From: Cyanobacteria bacterium P01_A01_bin.123
GTDB lineage: Bacteria; Cyanobacteriota; Cyanobacteriia; Phormidesmidales; Phormidesmidaceae
Length of the DNA: 64,000 bases
Reading direction: 5' to 3'
Assembly (NCBI GenBank): GCA_039815185.1
Contig: JBCBZT010000021.1
Coordinates: 32,001-96,000 of the forward strand
The translations under genes and the position numbers were made by a program. Positions 19,008-29,120 of the stretch are shown piece after piece; within the stretch, counting starts at the first letter, position 1, and each line of letters opens with the position of its first letter. The notes beneath the pieces were generated by a model that was not told the origin of the DNA, ran no database searches, and saw only the letters and a program-made list of their open reading frames with translations.

Positions 19008-21101
19008 ATGAGTTCAACTGCGACCCTCAACCAAAATCCTTTGCTGATCGGGGAAGGGCTGCCCCCCTTCGACGCCATTCAGCCCGAGCATGTAGTGTCC
19101 GGCATAACTCAACTGATCGAACAGCTTGATCAGTCTTTGAGTGCACTGGAGTCTAACGTGACACCGACCTGGGCTGATTTGGTTGACCCACTGACCCAAA
19201 TTGAGGAGCGGCTGCGGTGGAGTTGGGGCATTGTCGGCCATTTGATGGGTGTCAAAAACAGTGCTGAATTACGCCAAGCCTATGAAACCGTGCAGCCGCC
19301 CCTGGTGCAGTTTTCTAACCGAATGGGGCAAAGCAAACCCATTTATGAGGCGTTTAAGCAAATTCGCCAGAACCCCGATTGGCAGACTTTAGATCCAGCC
19401 CAGCAGCGGATTGTCGAGTCTGCTATTCGTGATGCTGAACTGTCTGGTGTCGGTCTCGAAGGGGCTGCCAAAGAGCAGTTCAACAAAATTCAGCAAGAAC
19501 TGGCGGAACTGTCAACTAAATTTTCTAACCATGTGTTGGATGCGACTAAGGCATTTAGTTTGACCCTCCGCGATCGCGACGAAGTAGACGGCCTCCCCCC
19601 CAGTCTATTAGCCCTGACAGCCCAAGCTGCCCGAGAAGCAGGAGAAGAGACTGCCACGGCTGAAGCTGGCCCTTGGCGGATCACCCTCGACTTCCCGAGC
19701 TATGTGCCCTTTATGCAGCACAGTCGCCGTCGGGATCTCAGAGAGCAACTCTATCGTGCTTTTATCACCCGGGCGGCGTCTGGAGAGCTAGACAATAATC
19801 CAATGATTGAACGCACCCTAGAACTCCGCCATCAGCAAGCCAACCTGCTGGGCTACGAGACATATGCAGACCTTAGCGTGGCCCGCAAAATGGCCCCGTC
19901 AGTCGCAGCGGTGGAACAACTGATGGAAGAACTGCGGAGTGCAAGCTATGAAGCATCTCAGCAAGAATTAGCCGATCTAAAAGCTTTTGCCCAATCGAAG
20001 GGTAATCCAGAAGCTGATGACCTCAAGCATTGGGATATAGCCTTTTGGTCAGAGCGGATGCGCGAGGAAAAATATGGCCTCAACGACGAAGAACTGCGGC
20101 CCTATTTCCCATTGCCTCAAGTGCTCGATGGGTTGTTCACGTTGGCCAGTCGCCTGTTTGGCGTGAAGATTGTAGCTGCCGATGGGGAAGCTCCCGTATG
20201 GCATGCCGATGTACGCTATTTCCAGGTACAAGATGAGACGGGTGCTGCGATCGCCCATTTTTACCTCGACCCTTACAGCCGTCCAGCAGAAAAACGGGGC
20301 GGTGCTTGGATGGATGAATGCTTGAACCGGGGCAAGCTAGTCGACGGCATTCGTTTACCGGTGGCCTATCTGGTGTGCAATCAGTCTCCCCCAGTGGATG
20401 GCAAACCTAGCTTAATGACCTTCCGGGAAGTTGAAACCCTGTTCCACGAGTTTGGCCACGGATTGCACCACATGCTAACGCGGGTAGACTATCCCGGTGC
20501 TGCCGGGATCAACAACGTCGAATGGGACGCAGTCGAACTCCCTAGTCAGTTTATGGAGAACTGGTGCTACCATCGGGCGACGCTACTGACACTGGCACGG
20601 CACTACGAAACAGGCGACCCCTTACCTGAAGAGATTTACCAAAAGATTCTCAAGGCCCGCAACTTTATGACCGGCAGCGCTATTTTGCGCCAGGTCAATT
20701 TTGGCTGGCTGGATATCGAATTGCACCATCGCTATCAATCTGGGGGTAATGAGTCAATCTGGGACGTGCGCGATCGCCTAGCCGAAAAAACCACCGTGCT
20801 CAAACCCCTACCTGAAGACGCTTTCCTCTGTGCCTTTGGTCATATTTTTGCGGGGGGCTATGCAGCGGGTTACTACAGCTATTTCTGGGCTGAGGTACTC
20901 AGTGCTGACGCCTTTGCCGCCTTTGAAGAAGCGGGTCTCGAAGATGAAACCGCTTTGGTCGAAACCGGGCACCGTTTCCGTGAAACCGTGCTGGCTCTAG
21001 GCGGTAGCCGCCACCCAATGGAGGTCTTCAAATCCTTCCGGGGAAGAGAGCCGAGTACCGCTGCCCTATTACGTCATCGGGGGTTGGCAACGGCAGCTTA
21101 A
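19008..21101 (+). CDS. prlC: Oligopeptidase A (M3 family)
   Basis: NPLL...GLPPF, KRGGAWM, HEFGHGLH, DAVELPSQ and GYAAGYYSY. Confidence 0.95.
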   Translation: MSSTATLNQNPLLIGEGLPPFDAIQPEHVVSGITQLIEQLDQSLSALESNVTPTWADLVDPLTQIEERLRWSWGIVGHLMGVKNSAELRQAYETVQPPLVQFSNRMGQSKPIYEAFKQIRQNPDWQTLDPAQQRIVESAIRDAELSGVGLEGAAKEQFNKIQQELAELSTKFSNHVLDATKAFSLTLRDRDEVDGLPPSLLALTAQAAREAGEETATAEAGPWRITLDFPSYVPFMQHSRRRDLREQLYRAFITRAASGELDNNPMIERTLELRHQQANLLGYETYADLSVARKMAPSVAAVEQLMEELRSASYEASQQELADLKAFAQSKGNPEADDLKHWDIAFWSERMREEKYGLNDEELRPYFPLPQVLDGLFTLASRLFGVKIVAADGEAPVWHADVRYFQVQDETGAAIAHFYLDPYSRPAEKRGGAWMDECLNRGKLVDGIRLPVAYLVCNQSPPVDGKPSLMTFREVETLFHEFGHGLHHMLTRVDYPGAAGINNVEWDAVELPSQFMENWCYHRATLLTLARHYETGDPLPEEIYQKILKARNFMTGSAILRQVNFGWLDIELHHRYQSGGNESIWDVRDRLAEKTTVLKPLPEDAFLCAFGHIFAGGYAAGYYSYFWAEVLSADAFAAFEEAGLEDETALVETGHRFRETVLALGGSRHPMEVFKSFRGREPSTAALLRHRGLATAA

Positions 21102-21241
21102 CTGAGTAAGTCGATCAGGGTGTTCAACAGTAGGGGGGTGTGTTTAGCCAGCAATCATTGATGATGGCAATGGATGGTCGTCAAAATGCACCCCTAAACT
21201 ATTGTCAAAAACCGATGGCCCGTGGTGGGGAAGCTGAAGCA

Positions 21242-21988
21242 ATGAGTTGGGTAAGTGCAGGTTACTTACTCATTAGGCCTGCGCCTCGCCCCCAGTGGCC
21301 TGATGCGGCAGGAAGCGTTCAGGCTGCTCTGTTACCCCAGCCTATGCTCAGCGCCAGCAATTGCCTCTGTTCACAGTTTCCAGGCACCTATGCCATTGAC
21401 TGGTGTGGAGATACCGAGGCAGAAAGGGAACGGGCATTTGACGCGATCGCCCTCGATTCTAACTCCCGTGCCATGGCTCGAACCTGGGCAACGGAACAGT
21501 TTGGTCAGGTTTACGGCTGGCCAGGAGTATTTTATGACTTGGAAAACGCGATCGCAGCCAAACAAAAATTCTTCCCCAACGACTCGAATCTGCGTCTGAT
21601 TGCCCTAGGGTTACCCGCTGAATTTCGCGAAACCTTTATCGCCGCAGCAACCCCGGCACCCCCCCCAGCAGGATTCGCCCCAGCGGGCAAATCTGGGTAT
21701 TTAGAAACCTTAGAGCGCAATCATCCTGTGCTCAAGGGCGGCGTTGTGTTGGGCTACGAATTGCTCAATATTGATGTGGGCCAGGTGGGGTGTTCTTGGT
21801 TGTGCAATGGGTTGGAGCGACACTGTGCTAAGACGCTGGGGATTACCCCAAACTGCCATGGATTAATTGACACGCTGCCCCTAGCTCAAGCCTGTCTCAC
21901 TGAAATCACAAAACCAGCGGTCGGGGCTGAACCAGGTCTCTGGCTACCCTTCGCGCTGGTTCGGTTTTCAGCAGCAACGGTTGTTTGA
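21242..21988 (+). CDS. Hypothetical protein (start uncertain, 21140-21242)
   Basis: Long ORF with motif-like segments LSASNCL, LGYELL, CSWLCNGL and AEPGLWLPF. Confidence 0.7.
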   Translation: MSWVSAGYLLIRPAPRPQWPDAAGSVQAALLPQPMLSASNCLCSQFPGTYAIDWCGDTEAERERAFDAIALDSNSRAMARTWATEQFGQVYGWPGVFYDLENAIAAKQKFFPNDSNLRLIALGLPAEFRETFIAAATPAPPPAGFAPAGKSGYLETLERNHPVLKGGVVLGYELLNIDVGQVGCSWLCNGLERHCAKTLGITPNCHGLIDTLPLAQACLTEITKPAVGAEPGLWLPFALVRFSAATVV

Positions 21989-21993
21989 GAACC

Positions 21994-22635
21994 CTACTTC
22001 AGCAGTTGAATGTTGGAGAACAAGAACTCATTGGTTTCAGGGGTGTCACCGTCGGTTTTGATCAGGCGACGGTTAAGAATAAAGTAGTCCCCGACTTTTT
22101 CATACTCATCTTCAAAAGTGCTGTGGCCGCCCTTTTGTTCGCCTGTCTTGGGGTCGTGATAGACGGAGTCGTAGCGGTGGGAGAGATAGCCTGCTCCAGT
22201 ATCATGGCTGCTTTCGGTGTGGATGGTGACCACGATACCGTGGATGTGCCGATGCACCATTGAAACTTCGTTGTTGCGAAGCTTGTAGCGATCGCCTTCA
22301 GCCTTGCCGCCCATTAAAATTTCCACTTCACCAGACTCGTCGGTTTTCCCATAGGTGAAGATGTTGCTGCCATGGGTGCTTTCAAAGCTGCGACGAACGC
22401 GATGAATAGACACTTCAAACAGTTGACCGTGAATCGCTTTCGTTGCGTCTTCATCATCGATGCCAGAGACCTCTGGCTTCATGTCTGCACTCACTTTGGC
22501 AGTGCCCGTAAAGGTTTCGCCATTGTGCTTGTAGGTGACCTCAGCGGTATAGCCTGGAAAGCTTTTGTCCCAGGTGTAGCGATTTTCGTAGGCGGCACGG
22601 AACAGTTCTTGAGCGGAAACTTGCGCTTGTACCAT
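21994..22635 (-). CDS. DUF3386 family protein
   Basis: ELFRAAYENRYTWD and IHRVRRSFE signature. Confidence 0.85.
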   Translation of the reverse strand: MVQAQVSAQELFRAAYENRYTWDKSFPGYTAEVTYKHNGETFTGTAKVSADMKPEVSGIDDEDATKAIHGQLFEVSIHRVRRSFESTHGSNIFTYGKTDESGEVEILMGGKAEGDRYKLRNNEVSMVHRHIHGIVVTIHTESSHDTGAGYLSHRYDSVYHDPKTGEQKGGHSTFEDEYEKVGDYFILNRRLIKTDGDTPETNEFLFSNIQLLK

Positions 22636-22699
22636 CGATTTTCCTTGGTGTGTTGCGAATGTCTTTGTTTATGGTAGCGGGGAATGAGACAGACTCCCT

Positions 22700-22731
22700 T
22701 TCAATGACACTCTGGTTCAATGACACTCTGG
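22700..22731. repeat. Exact 16-bp tandem duplication TTCAATGACACTCTGG
   Basis: Copies at 22700-22715 and 22716-22731; the second overlaps the LysR stop codon. Confidence 0.9.
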
Positions 22732-23598
22732 ATCGCTATTGAGCTGTTTCACCATATCGAGGAAGACATTCACCGCAGGCGATCGCGGGGTATTGGCCAA
22801 TGTAGCGACGGCAATTGCTCGCTGGAGCGGAACGGGCAGCGATCGCACCTGTACCCCATCCGGAATCGGCAGGGCTGCCAATCGAGGTAAGATGGCTGAG
22901 CCTAAGCCCTGGGCCACCATGCTGACAATGGTGGAATCTTCCTTGACTTCATGGGCAACGCGCAGGGTTTGACCCCAATCGTCCCAGTGATTACGGACTG
23001 CCGTTGTACATTCAGCATAATTAAACAAAATAAAGCCGTGGGCAGAGAGTTCTTCCCAAGATAAAGATTGGGGTGTTTTTCCATTGACATCGGTCAATAA
23101 CACAACGTATTCGTCCCGGGCAATTTCCCAAGTGTCAAATTCATCGGAGCGCGGTAAGGGCACTAGCCCGACATCAACCTGTCCCTCTCGTAAAGCCTGC
23201 TCAACCCCGGCTGGATCCGCTTCGGTGATCAAGACTTCGACCCGTGGAAACCGTTTGCAAAATTGTGCAATCAGGGGAGGCAAGAGATGAGTGGCAGCAC
23301 TGCGAAAGGCAGCAATTCGTAACCGTCCGCCATACAGACCTTTTTCGAGATTGACCTCATATTCAATATTTTCTCTCAGGGCTAAAATTTCCGTAGCATG
23401 GGTCATGATCCGTTCGCCGACGCGGGTTAATCTGGCCCCAAATCTGCCCCGGGTTAACAGTGGCACCCCGAGCTCAGCTTCTAACGATGCGATCGCTCGA
23501 CTGACGGCTGACTGCGAAATATCCAGAGCCAAGGCAGCCTCTGAGAAACTTTTATGCTCGGCAACTGCTGCCAAGATTTCGAGCTGATAGATGTTCAT
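22717..23598 (-). CDS. LysR family transcriptional regulator
   Basis: HTH SFSEAALALDISQSAVSRAIASLEAELG, LTRVGE and MVAQGLG. Confidence 0.95.
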   Translation of the reverse strand: MNIYQLEILAAVAEHKSFSEAALALDISQSAVSRAIASLEAELGVPLLTRGRFGARLTRVGERIMTHATEILALRENIEYEVNLEKGLYGGRLRIAAFRSAATHLLPPLIAQFCKRFPRVEVLITEADPAGVEQALREGQVDVGLVPLPRSDEFDTWEIARDEYVVLLTDVNGKTPQSLSWEELSAHGFILFNYAECTTAVRNHWDDWGQTLRVAHEVKEDSTIVSMVAQGLGSAILPRLAALPIPDGVQVRSLPVPLQRAIAVATLANTPRSPAVNVFLDMVKQLNSDPECH

Positions 23599-23717
23599 GG
23601 AGCACATCTATTCGGTTACTGCATGGATATGAATCGGTCTCGTTTTTGATTAACCAAAACGGGAAAGTTAGGTTAGCTAGCAAGTTGTTCGTCCGGTCCA
23701 CAGAGATTCACAATGCC

Positions 23718-24206
23718 ATGTTTGAACTCTTGAGCTTCGAAAAGTTTAGAGACACCCCCAGTGTGCGATTTTTCGACATTACCATCACTGATTCTAATGC
23801 CCGTGATTTAGTCTTTCACGATGGGCCAGCTACAAGTCCCAATAATAATAGTTCGGGTTGTTGGCAATTTTACTTACATCCCAAACAAGAAGACAATCTT
23901 TTAGCACTCCAAGGGGGACGAACTTTCTATCTAGTCAATTTTGACTGGGCGCATCCCTTTCATGTGATCCGTCTAGAAGCCAACCGCGATATCCTGCGCA
24001 TTCCTCCCGGGACGTTCCATCGCTCGGTCTCTGATCCGAAAGGTTCTCTAGTCATCAACCAGGCTGTACGCCACGAAACTGCTACCCTCGAACACGAGTT
24101 TCGCGTCTACGATTCAGCGGAAATTCCGCGCCTTCATGCTTTGTTGGCTTCAGGGCTAACCCCCAAATATCATCGTTTTGAAGACTTTTCGCTTAAAGCA
24201 GCATAG
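23718..24206 (+). CDS. Cupin-like protein divergent from the LysR gene
   Basis: Cupin-type metal motifs FYLHPKQED and LRIPPGTFHRS. Start at MFELLSF. Confidence 0.75.
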   Translation: MFELLSFEKFRDTPSVRFFDITITDSNARDLVFHDGPATSPNNNSSGCWQFYLHPKQEDNLLALQGGRTFYLVNFDWAHPFHVIRLEANRDILRIPPGTFHRSVSDPKGSLVINQAVRHETATLEHEFRVYDSAEIPRLHALLASGLTPKYHRFEDFSLKAA

Positions 24207-24237
24207 ACCTATCAACTAATAACCCATGCTCGACAAT

Positions 24238-24279
24238 AGCGGTTTGAAGCCAATGGTCAGGCTTCAAACCGCTGTTTTT
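24238..24279 (+). terminator. Rho-independent terminator
   Basis: 14-bp stem AGCGGTTTGAAGCC / GGCTTCAAACCGCT followed by GTTTTT. Confidence 0.85.
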
Positions 24280-24371
24280 GGATAGGAGAATGGGTATCGG
24301 TTCAGACCTGGAGTTTTGCCTATAGAAAAACTCGATATCCTGAGCTGGACTAGTTATGAACCAGTCTTTCC

Positions 24372-25358
24372 TTAGCCACCTTCACAGGTGCAAGTGCCTA
24401 ATTCTTGGCAATTCACCTGAATGTCTGAGGATGCCCCTTGAAACGCTTCAATCCTCTGTTGCAGAGCAGTTCGTTCAGTTGAATTGAGCTGTACCTGATC
24501 CAAAATTTGAGTTAGTTCTGCCACGATCGCACTCTGCTCTGGCCCACTGCAATTGGCGCTCACCAGGATATCCCGCAAGATTGCGTGGCGCATGACCTGT
24601 AATTGCTGGGTAAAGGTGGTCAGGTACGATTGCAAAATGTATTGCTCGTGCTGTTGCTGATACTGATCAATTTGGAGCAGCAGTTCTAGATGCTTGCCTT
24701 CCCCGAGGAGGCTATACCCCCCGTAGTCCCAGGTGCGTTGAAAGAACGTGGGCCATCCCCACAGTTGCCCCTCAAGCGCATAGGGATAGTCATAGTAAGC
24801 TTGAACCAACTTGAAGAAATCATCATCGGCGTTGGTCTCAGTTCTAGCTGCGATCGCCAGGAAGTCTTCTACATTGGCAACAAAAGCAGGCGAAGTGCAT
24901 TCTGCAATACAGCTTGGGTCTAAGCCCCAAATGTCTAAATCGGATTCCCTAAACTGCTGGAGTTTTTCATCTGTCCATGAGTCTTGGTATTGACTATCGA
25001 TCAGCAGTTCTTCGGCGAGTTGGAGTGCTTGACGATAGAGTGACTCTACATCCCCATCGTCTGGGGTTGGGTTGTTGTGAATCGAGATCGCATTTGATTG
25101 ATAAAAATTGGCATGCTCAACTTGCCAAGGCAAGAAAAAAGCGTTTAGCGTTACTTGTGAAAGGTCTTCGGGGGGCTGTTCCGCTTGGGCAACGACTAAT
25201 GGATTCTGAGGACGGCTGTTTTGTCCTTGAAGGGCGTTTTGGCTTTGAGAATTGCTTGTCACCGCAGCCGTTGCTGTTAAATTGGTGTCGGCACTGACCG
25301 CAGATAGCAGCGGCATCAGCCCAACAATTGACAAAAACGCAGCGGAGAAAACTTTCAT
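24372..25358 (-). CDS. Secreted hypothetical protein
   Basis: Signal-peptide-like MKVFSAAFLSIVGLMPLLSAVSA and Cys-rich tail CQELGTCTCEGG. Confidence 0.7.
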   Translation of the reverse strand: MKVFSAAFLSIVGLMPLLSAVSADTNLTATAAVTSNSQSQNALQGQNSRPQNPLVVAQAEQPPEDLSQVTLNAFFLPWQVEHANFYQSNAISIHNNPTPDDGDVESLYRQALQLAEELLIDSQYQDSWTDEKLQQFRESDLDIWGLDPSCIAECTSPAFVANVEDFLAIAARTETNADDDFFKLVQAYYDYPYALEGQLWGWPTFFQRTWDYGGYSLLGEGKHLELLLQIDQYQQQHEQYILQSYLTTFTQQLQVMRHAILRDILVSANCSGPEQSAIVAELTQILDQVQLNSTERTALQQRIEAFQGASSDIQVNCQELGTCTCEGG

Positions 25359-25567
25359 TGGCTCTAACCTAAACGGGACGGCTTTTTTTTCTACAGACTG
25401 CCCCGCCTTGATTCCCAATCTCCCTATCCTTTCTTTGCAATCCTCATACAACAGAGAGCTGTTTACACCATGTTCAAAAAAGTCAGCACCCTTGAATGGA
25501 TTTTTTGGGCCGTCTTTCTAGGCTCCTCTGCTGCCATGATTCTGCAAGCCTATATTCTTCAATAGAA

Positions 25568-25625
25568 ACCGGGTTTCTGGTTGGGCAGTCAAATCGAGTG
25601 GAATACCTGATCCAAGAAACCCGGT
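25568..25625. repeat. 11-bp inverted repeat just past the 3' end of the guanidine operon
   Basis: ACCGGGTTTCT (25568-25578) and AGAAACCCGGT (25615-25625). Confidence 0.6.
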
Positions 25626-25638
25626 CGCGCAAAGCTGC

Positions 25639-26646
25639 TTATCGGTTAAGCAGGTCTGCGATCGCAGCGTCAATAAATGCCGTGTCCACTGGATTTCGCC
25701 CTGGCCCACCGCTACAGTGTCCCCAATCGGTTGGCATGATCCGTAATTCTGCATTGGGCATGCGTTTGACTTCAATTTCACTGTCTGCTGGGGTGAAATA
25801 TAAGTCCGTCGCCGCTGGCATCACAATCGCCTTGGCCTGAATCGAGGCTAAGGCTTGATAAAAATCTTTGGCATAGATGGGATTATCGCTGACGTCGGCA
25901 TGTTGCCAAGACCACAGCATGGCGAGCAAATCGTTGGCATCCCAGGTGGTGTGGTCGTCTTCCCAGAATTTCAGCAGCTCCTCGATCGTGTCAAACCCCA
26001 ACTTTTGATAGAGCTTTTCACGAAAGAAGGTCTGAGAATAAGCCCACCCGGCATAGATGCGGCCAAAGGCTTTGAGTCCGGCGGTTGGCGGTTCGCTGTA
26101 GTTGCCCCCGTTCCAGACCGGATCCGTTTGCAGAGCCGCTTTCACCCCGTCGAGAAAAATCCAGTTGTGTGCGGCACATTTAGCTGCGCCACAGTAAGGC
26201 AAAATCCGCTCCACCTGTTGGGGATAGATTGCGCCCCAGTGAAATGCCTGCATTGCCCCCATTGACCAGCCTGTGACCAAAGCCAGGGTTTCGATGCCGA
26301 ATTTTTCGGTAATCAGTCGATGCTGACAGACCACGTTGTCGTAGAGGGTAATGTTAGGAAAGTTGCTGCCGTTGTAGGGGGCTGGTGTATTGCTGGGGGA
26401 AGATGACACCCCGTTGCCAAACATATTCACCACCAGGATGAAGTATCGGGTGGGATCTAGGGGATGATCGGGGCCGATGGTGGGGACGTAGCTGGCGTGG
26501 GTACCTGTGTAGTAAGTCAGCACCAAAATGGCGTTAGTTTTGGTGGCGTTGAGGCTGCCGTGGGTTTGGTACGCGAGTTTAGCATCAGGCAGGATTTTGC
26601 CTGACTGGAGAGTAATGTTGCCGAGGTCAAAGATGTCGTAGTCCAT
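25639..26646 (-). CDS. Alpha/beta hydrolase, homoserine O-acetyltransferase (MetX)-like subfamily
   Basis: LAYQTHGSLN, nucleophile elbow GWSMG, TDLYF (Asp) and WGHC (His). Starts 14 bp after the ABC ATPase stop. Confidence 0.85.
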   Translation of the reverse strand: MDYDIFDLGNITLQSGKILPDAKLAYQTHGSLNATKTNAILVLTYYTGTHASYVPTIGPDHPLDPTRYFILVVNMFGNGVSSSPSNTPAPYNGSNFPNITLYDNVVCQHRLITEKFGIETLALVTGWSMGAMQAFHWGAIYPQQVERILPYCGAAKCAAHNWIFLDGVKAALQTDPVWNGGNYSEPPTAGLKAFGRIYAGWAYSQTFFREKLYQKLGFDTIEELLKFWEDDHTTWDANDLLAMLWSWQHADVSDNPIYAKDFYQALASIQAKAIVMPAATDLYFTPADSEIEVKRMPNAELRIMPTDWGHCSGGPGRNPVDTAFIDAAIADLLNR

Positions 26647-26660
26647 CGTGTCCTACCGGG

Positions 26661-27434
26661 CTAGTGCACAATTGCTGCTTCTGATTGGTCTCTCAGCAAG
26701 TCCATAATTTCTTCGCGATAGCTTTGAAAGACGCGATCGCGGCGAATCAGATAGGTGCGATCGCTGGGCAAATCTACCAGCACTTCTTGCTGAATCGTAC
26801 CAGGATGGGCGGTCAACACGTAAATCCGCTGGGCCAGGAACACCGCTTCATCCACATCATGGGTAATCATCAAGACGCTGATGCCTGTTCGCTTCCATAG
26901 ATCCAGCATAAACTGCTGCATGGTTTCTTTCGTTTGCACATCCAGTGCGCCAAAGGGTTCATCCATCAGCAAAATCTTGGGTTGGGAGGCTAATGCACGG
27001 GCGATCGCGACCCGCTGCTTCATCCCCCCAGAAAGTTCTTTCGGTAACGCCCGCGAAAATTTTGTCAGGCCCACCACATCTAAAAAGTAAGACGCTTGTT
27101 CTCGCCGTTCCTTTGCCCCTATGCCCTGAAGCTTGAGGCCAAATTCTACATTCTTTTGCACTGTCATCCAGGGGTAGAGGGTGTAGGCCTGAAACACCAT
27201 GCCCCGATCGGCCCCTGGCCCGACAACTCGCTCACCATCTACCATAATCTCGCCGCCTGTCGGCATATCTAGCCCTGCCACTAGCCGTAGCAGCGTTGAT
27301 TTGCCTGACCCCGATGCCCCTACCGCACAAACAAATTCTCCTGTTTCCACGTGCATATTAATGTCCCGGAGGGCAACGATCGCACCTTGGCGGGTGGGGA
27401 ATTGTTTATGGAGGTTGTTGATTTCGAGGTGCAT
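26661..27434 (-). CDS. ABC transporter ATP-binding subunit (NitT/TauT type; guanidine uptake)
   Basis: [17 protein letters not shown] and LLMDEPFGALD; operon context. Confidence 0.93.
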   Translation of the reverse strand: MHLEINNLHKQFPTRQGAIVALRDINMHVETGEFVCAVGASGSGKSTLLRLVAGLDMPTGGEIMVDGERVVGPGADRGMVFQAYTLYPWMTVQKNVEFGLKLQGIGAKERREQASYFLDVVGLTKFSRALPKELSGGMKQRVAIARALASQPKILLMDEPFGALDVQTKETMQQFMLDLWKRTGISVLMITHDVDEAVFLAQRIYVLTAHPGTIQQEVLVDLPSDRTYLIRRDRVFQSYREEIMDLLRDQSEAAIVH

Positions 27435-27566
27435 AGGATGATTTTAATAGAGCAGAGAGAAGTGAGTTACATAAGAGGAACAGAGGAATAACATAATTAG
27501 GGAGATGACGTGCGAACTTTGTATACCGCGTAATTAGGTGATAGATAGGCACTGCACCGACGAAAT

Positions 27567-29120
27567 TCAAGTGGGTAGTGATACTGTGTAACGAGCATGC
27601 TGCTCCGCTAATCCCAGTACTAACTGACCGTCATGCTCAACTTGAGAAGATCCAACCCAATGAAGATACTGATCTAAAGTCCCAAGTTCCTTTGCAACAG
27701 CCTTCAGAGAGAGTCGTCTCAGCACATCTATTGTTACTGGCCTTTTCTCATCCCAGAAAATCATAGAACTTAAGAACTCAATTGAAGGCCTTGATGTAAC
27801 CAATTCAAAAATATATTTAGCTTCCTTCTCAGTATCAAAAGACAAGAAATTTACGGTGTCGTCAAAAACGACTGCTTTCTCATCTAATGGGCCAACGATA
27901 CAGAAGTTCAATTTCTTGTAAAGTCCTGATATTGCTATTTTCCATTTCTTAAAAGTGTAAGAGCCAATGCCAAAAATTGAATATGGCGGCTTGTTCTTAT
28001 AAATTGAACTTTTTCTGTTCTTTAGATATTCATCATGTTCTAATAAATATTGCCATGTTTTCGGAAAATTTTCTTTGATAACACTCGTATCTTCAGCAAT
28101 TGATTTCTGCGTAATCAGGACAAGTTTACGATAAGACGTAACTCTATTATTGCCGATATCGGAACTTTTGAGGAGAGGGAATAGACACTCTTCCTCTAAA
28201 GAATACTTTTCTCCAAAACCATTGCAGAAAAGAGAACTGTCAATCTGTTCAAGCACCATGACTTTGGAACAATCATGTTTGACACCAGAACGCCATAAAT
28301 ATCTTAGATCTTGACCTGCCAGATGTTTCCATTGCTTATATAAAATTGTATTGCTTAGAAGCCATCCATCCCTTTCTCCAATGATATAAGATGGCTTTCC
28401 TGACTCTAAGCTTTCGTATACTTCACAGTCATAATTTCCATCGTCAGTGGAGAGTACAAAAAGGCATGCTTCCACTGATGCTCCAAAATAAGCCTTTGTG
28501 TCTATTAAATAGACATAGCCTGCGAATCTATGTCCCGAATCCTTTCTGACTTGACGCATGACTTTACGAGCGACTGAGTATTTGCATAAAACTGCTATAG
28601 TTCCTTCTCTCTTTGATAACCACTCTGCATGTTTCAATAGCATCCATTCTGAAATGTCGAAATTCCCTGATCCAGTAATTGCATCAATGCCTCGTCTATT
28701 TTGGAAATTGGATTTTGAAGGAATGTTTTTGCTATTGAGAGAACTCAATTCGCTACTCGTAACCCAAGGTGGATTGCCAATTATCAAAATATAGCCTGTA
28801 TGCTCTGAAATAATAGATTGCCAATCAGTAGTAAAAAAATCAGATTCTCTGAGTGTTACAGTGGCTGAGTTTGGATATCCAGAAATAGATGATTTAGCAT
28901 CCAAGATGTATTCGTTATTTATGTCTAAGCCTATGATCCTTGAGTTCTTAAACTCAGCAAGAGCAGCTCGAATAAATGCTCCTTTCCCACAACTTGGCTC
29001 TATAATAATCTGTGGCTTTATTTTGTGATTGAGCTTTAAAGTCGAAACTACTTTTCGGGCAAGATTTTCAGGGGTTTGAAAATCACCAAATTGCCACTTT
29101 AGCAATGATTTCTTTGCCAT
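27567..29120 (-). CDS. Type II amino-methyltransferase (likely N6-adenine; resembles the NspV type)
   Basis: FGDFQTP, IIEPSCGKGAF (SAM-binding) and IIGNPPWV (catalytic). The DNA is AT-rich. Confidence 0.85.
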   Translation of the reverse strand: MAKKSLLKWQFGDFQTPENLARKVVSTLKLNHKIKPQIIIEPSCGKGAFIRAALAEFKNSRIIGLDINNEYILDAKSSISGYPNSATVTLRESDFFTTDWQSIISEHTGYILIIGNPPWVTSSELSSLNSKNIPSKSNFQNRRGIDAITGSGNFDISEWMLLKHAEWLSKREGTIAVLCKYSVARKVMRQVRKDSGHRFAGYVYLIDTKAYFGASVEACLFVLSTDDGNYDCEVYESLESGKPSYIIGERDGWLLSNTILYKQWKHLAGQDLRYLWRSGVKHDCSKVMVLEQIDSSLFCNGFGEKYSLEEECLFPLLKSSDIGNNRVTSYRKLVLITQKSIAEDTSVIKENFPKTWQYLLEHDEYLKNRKSSIYKNKPPYSIFGIGSYTFKKWKIAISGLYKKLNFCIVGPLDEKAVVFDDTVNFLSFDTEKEAKYIFELVTSRPSIEFLSSMIFWDEKRPVTIDVLRRLSLKAVAKELGTLDQYLHWVGSSQVEHDGQLVLGLAEQHARYTVSLPT

